Assembly (NCBI GenBank): GCA_013265495.1
Contig: MU058198.1
Span: forward strand, 4,104,419-4,168,418
DNA length: 64,000 bases
Reading direction: 5' to 3'
DNA from: Vicugna vicugna
Lineage: Eukaryota
The notes beneath the pieces are model-generated. The model ran no database searches. It worked only from the letters and a program-made list of their open reading frames with translations, and was not told the DNA's origin. Shown here piece after piece: positions 62,401 through 64,000 of this stretch (position 1 is the stretch's first letter; each line of letters opens with the position of its first letter). Position numbers and translations under genes: made by a program.

Positions 62401-64000
62401 AGAGCCTTCTTGTTAAGAGTCAAGATTTTAGTGCTCAGACTGAGCATAACTGGTTAGGTCCAGCACTCCCTGTAGAGTTCTACCTTAATGGGCTGTTTCT
62501 TTTCTGAGGCTACTGCCATTCCTGATTAAATGATACCTACTGATGTTTCTGTCATTCAGTGATGAAACTGTTCTTGTAAAAGTTGGATTTTTGTAAAGTA
62601 TCATAAGTTGAAGTAAATTATTGACCAGTTTATATGAAGACACTTTGATGTTTATTTCTTTGTGCAGTGGACTCATGCTTCATCTGATAAAAATGTGGTC
62701 CAGTATGATGAGTGACACAATGAAATTGTTGAAAATTTTATTCTTCTGATTTGAACTTTGAAAAACTATAAGGAGCATAACTACTTGAATGTTAGAATAG
62801 AATATTTAAAACACCTTTTAAAAATATATATATTATGAGTATGTCTTTGTAACAGTAGGGGAGTGAAATGTTGAAAAATTTATGGTGAGATATAAGAATA
62901 GGTGGATAAATTTTAAGATGCCCTTTGGCCTTGTGTATTGTTAAGGCAAGGAAGGAGTGGTTGGGAACTCCATCACGATTAATAGTCATTTTTTAAAAAA
63001 CAGCTTTTCAGTTCTAACAGTGGCTTGTTTTGGAAGCATACTGATTGTACATTCCTTGCAAAAGAAGAAGCACTGTTAATTTTTGACAGCTAATATTTAT
63101 TTTTCAATATACCCATTGGTTGATGGATCGATTGATTGATTGATCATGCCAGTGCTTTTCCAGGTGATTTCATAAGCAAGCTGTATTTCGGAGAATAACA
63201 AACCCTAGAGCTCCTTAAGGAGATGAGGGGAGCCTGGCATGGAAGCAGGAATAGAGAGAGTGTGATACAGAGTTTTTGTTTTCTGCTGATTACATAGGGA
63301 AGCATAGTTTATTACTGCTGTTCTCTTTCTGGATTAATTAAAAACTCATGAAAACTGAATCAACATTTACAGCACAGTTTTGTTCCTGCCACAATTGGAA
63401 ACCATTATTCTTACTCACTTCTGGCCTTACTATTTGTTTTTCTGTCAGACACAATTTCAGTACTTAAATCCATTGGTCTAGAGAATTATCAGAAAATTCA
63501 ATTCAAGAGCTGTTAAATCAGCTGCATGTCAAACCGTGCTGGAGACATCATGATAGCTGACTCTGAGCACTTCCTCTGCTGCATGCACTGTGTGTTATAT
63601 TTACTTCACTTAATCAAGGAGGTCCTCTAAATAATGCATAGGTACTGGTGATTCAGGACACTGTACTCGAGCAGCTTTTTGGGAAATGTGTGGGGACTCG
63701 GGAAAAGGGCCAGGGCAGCAGGCAGGGAACTGTGAGACTTCATGGTGGTGGATTTTTTAAAATGACTAATACAGGAATAGGGCTTCATCAGTGTGCACCA
63801 GCACAGTGTAATAGTCCCTTCAGCAGCTCTCTGAGGGCAGTTCTGTCACCACTTACAGGTGAGATCGGGGCTAAGAAAAGTAAGTAACTTGCTTGCTGGT
63901 TGTGCAGCTGAGTCAGGGTTTGATGGCTAACTCCACTGGGCTGTACCTGCTTCTTTTTCTTTGAAAACAGTCATGTAATTAGTTACATGGAAGACAAAAT

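Noticed and set aside
1..64000. CRISPR arrays, operons, rRNA, prokaryotic or viral systems, processed pseudogenes
   Set aside because: No regularly spaced repeat-spacer array, no long intact ORF and no recognisable mRNA-derived copy; the content is explained by a mammalian gene 5' end plus interspersed repeats

Overview
Mammalian genomic DNA, most likely a camelid (alpaca/camel lineage), judged from six copies of a tRNA-Ala-derived vic-1-like SINE and cetartiodactyl-type L1 ends. The window holds the 5' end of TNRC6A (GW182/TNGW1, the Argonaute-binding miRNA-silencing scaffold) on the + strand. A CpG-island promoter at about 30.5-31.7 kb is followed by the first four coding exons (5, 48, 88 and 22 nt of CDS), which splice to [54 protein letters not shown]; the gene continues beyond the window. 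The first 30 kb and the introns are mostly interspersed repeats (L1, L2/MIR, ERVL-type LTRs, Tigger and hAT DNA transposons, SINEs). None of the supplied ORF-track entries is a real gene. The most interesting signals concern TNRC6A start-codon choice. A strong-Kozak uORF lies in frame with the weak-Kozak main ATG, separated from it by a single TGA that sits in a perfect 18-bp palindrome. A candidate 26-nt intron-2 exon would both terminate the first ORF and supply a new in-frame ATG. Repeat family names were assigned from remembered consensus sequences, not from a search, and repeat boundaries are approximate. I see no evidence of a wholly new multi-gene system.
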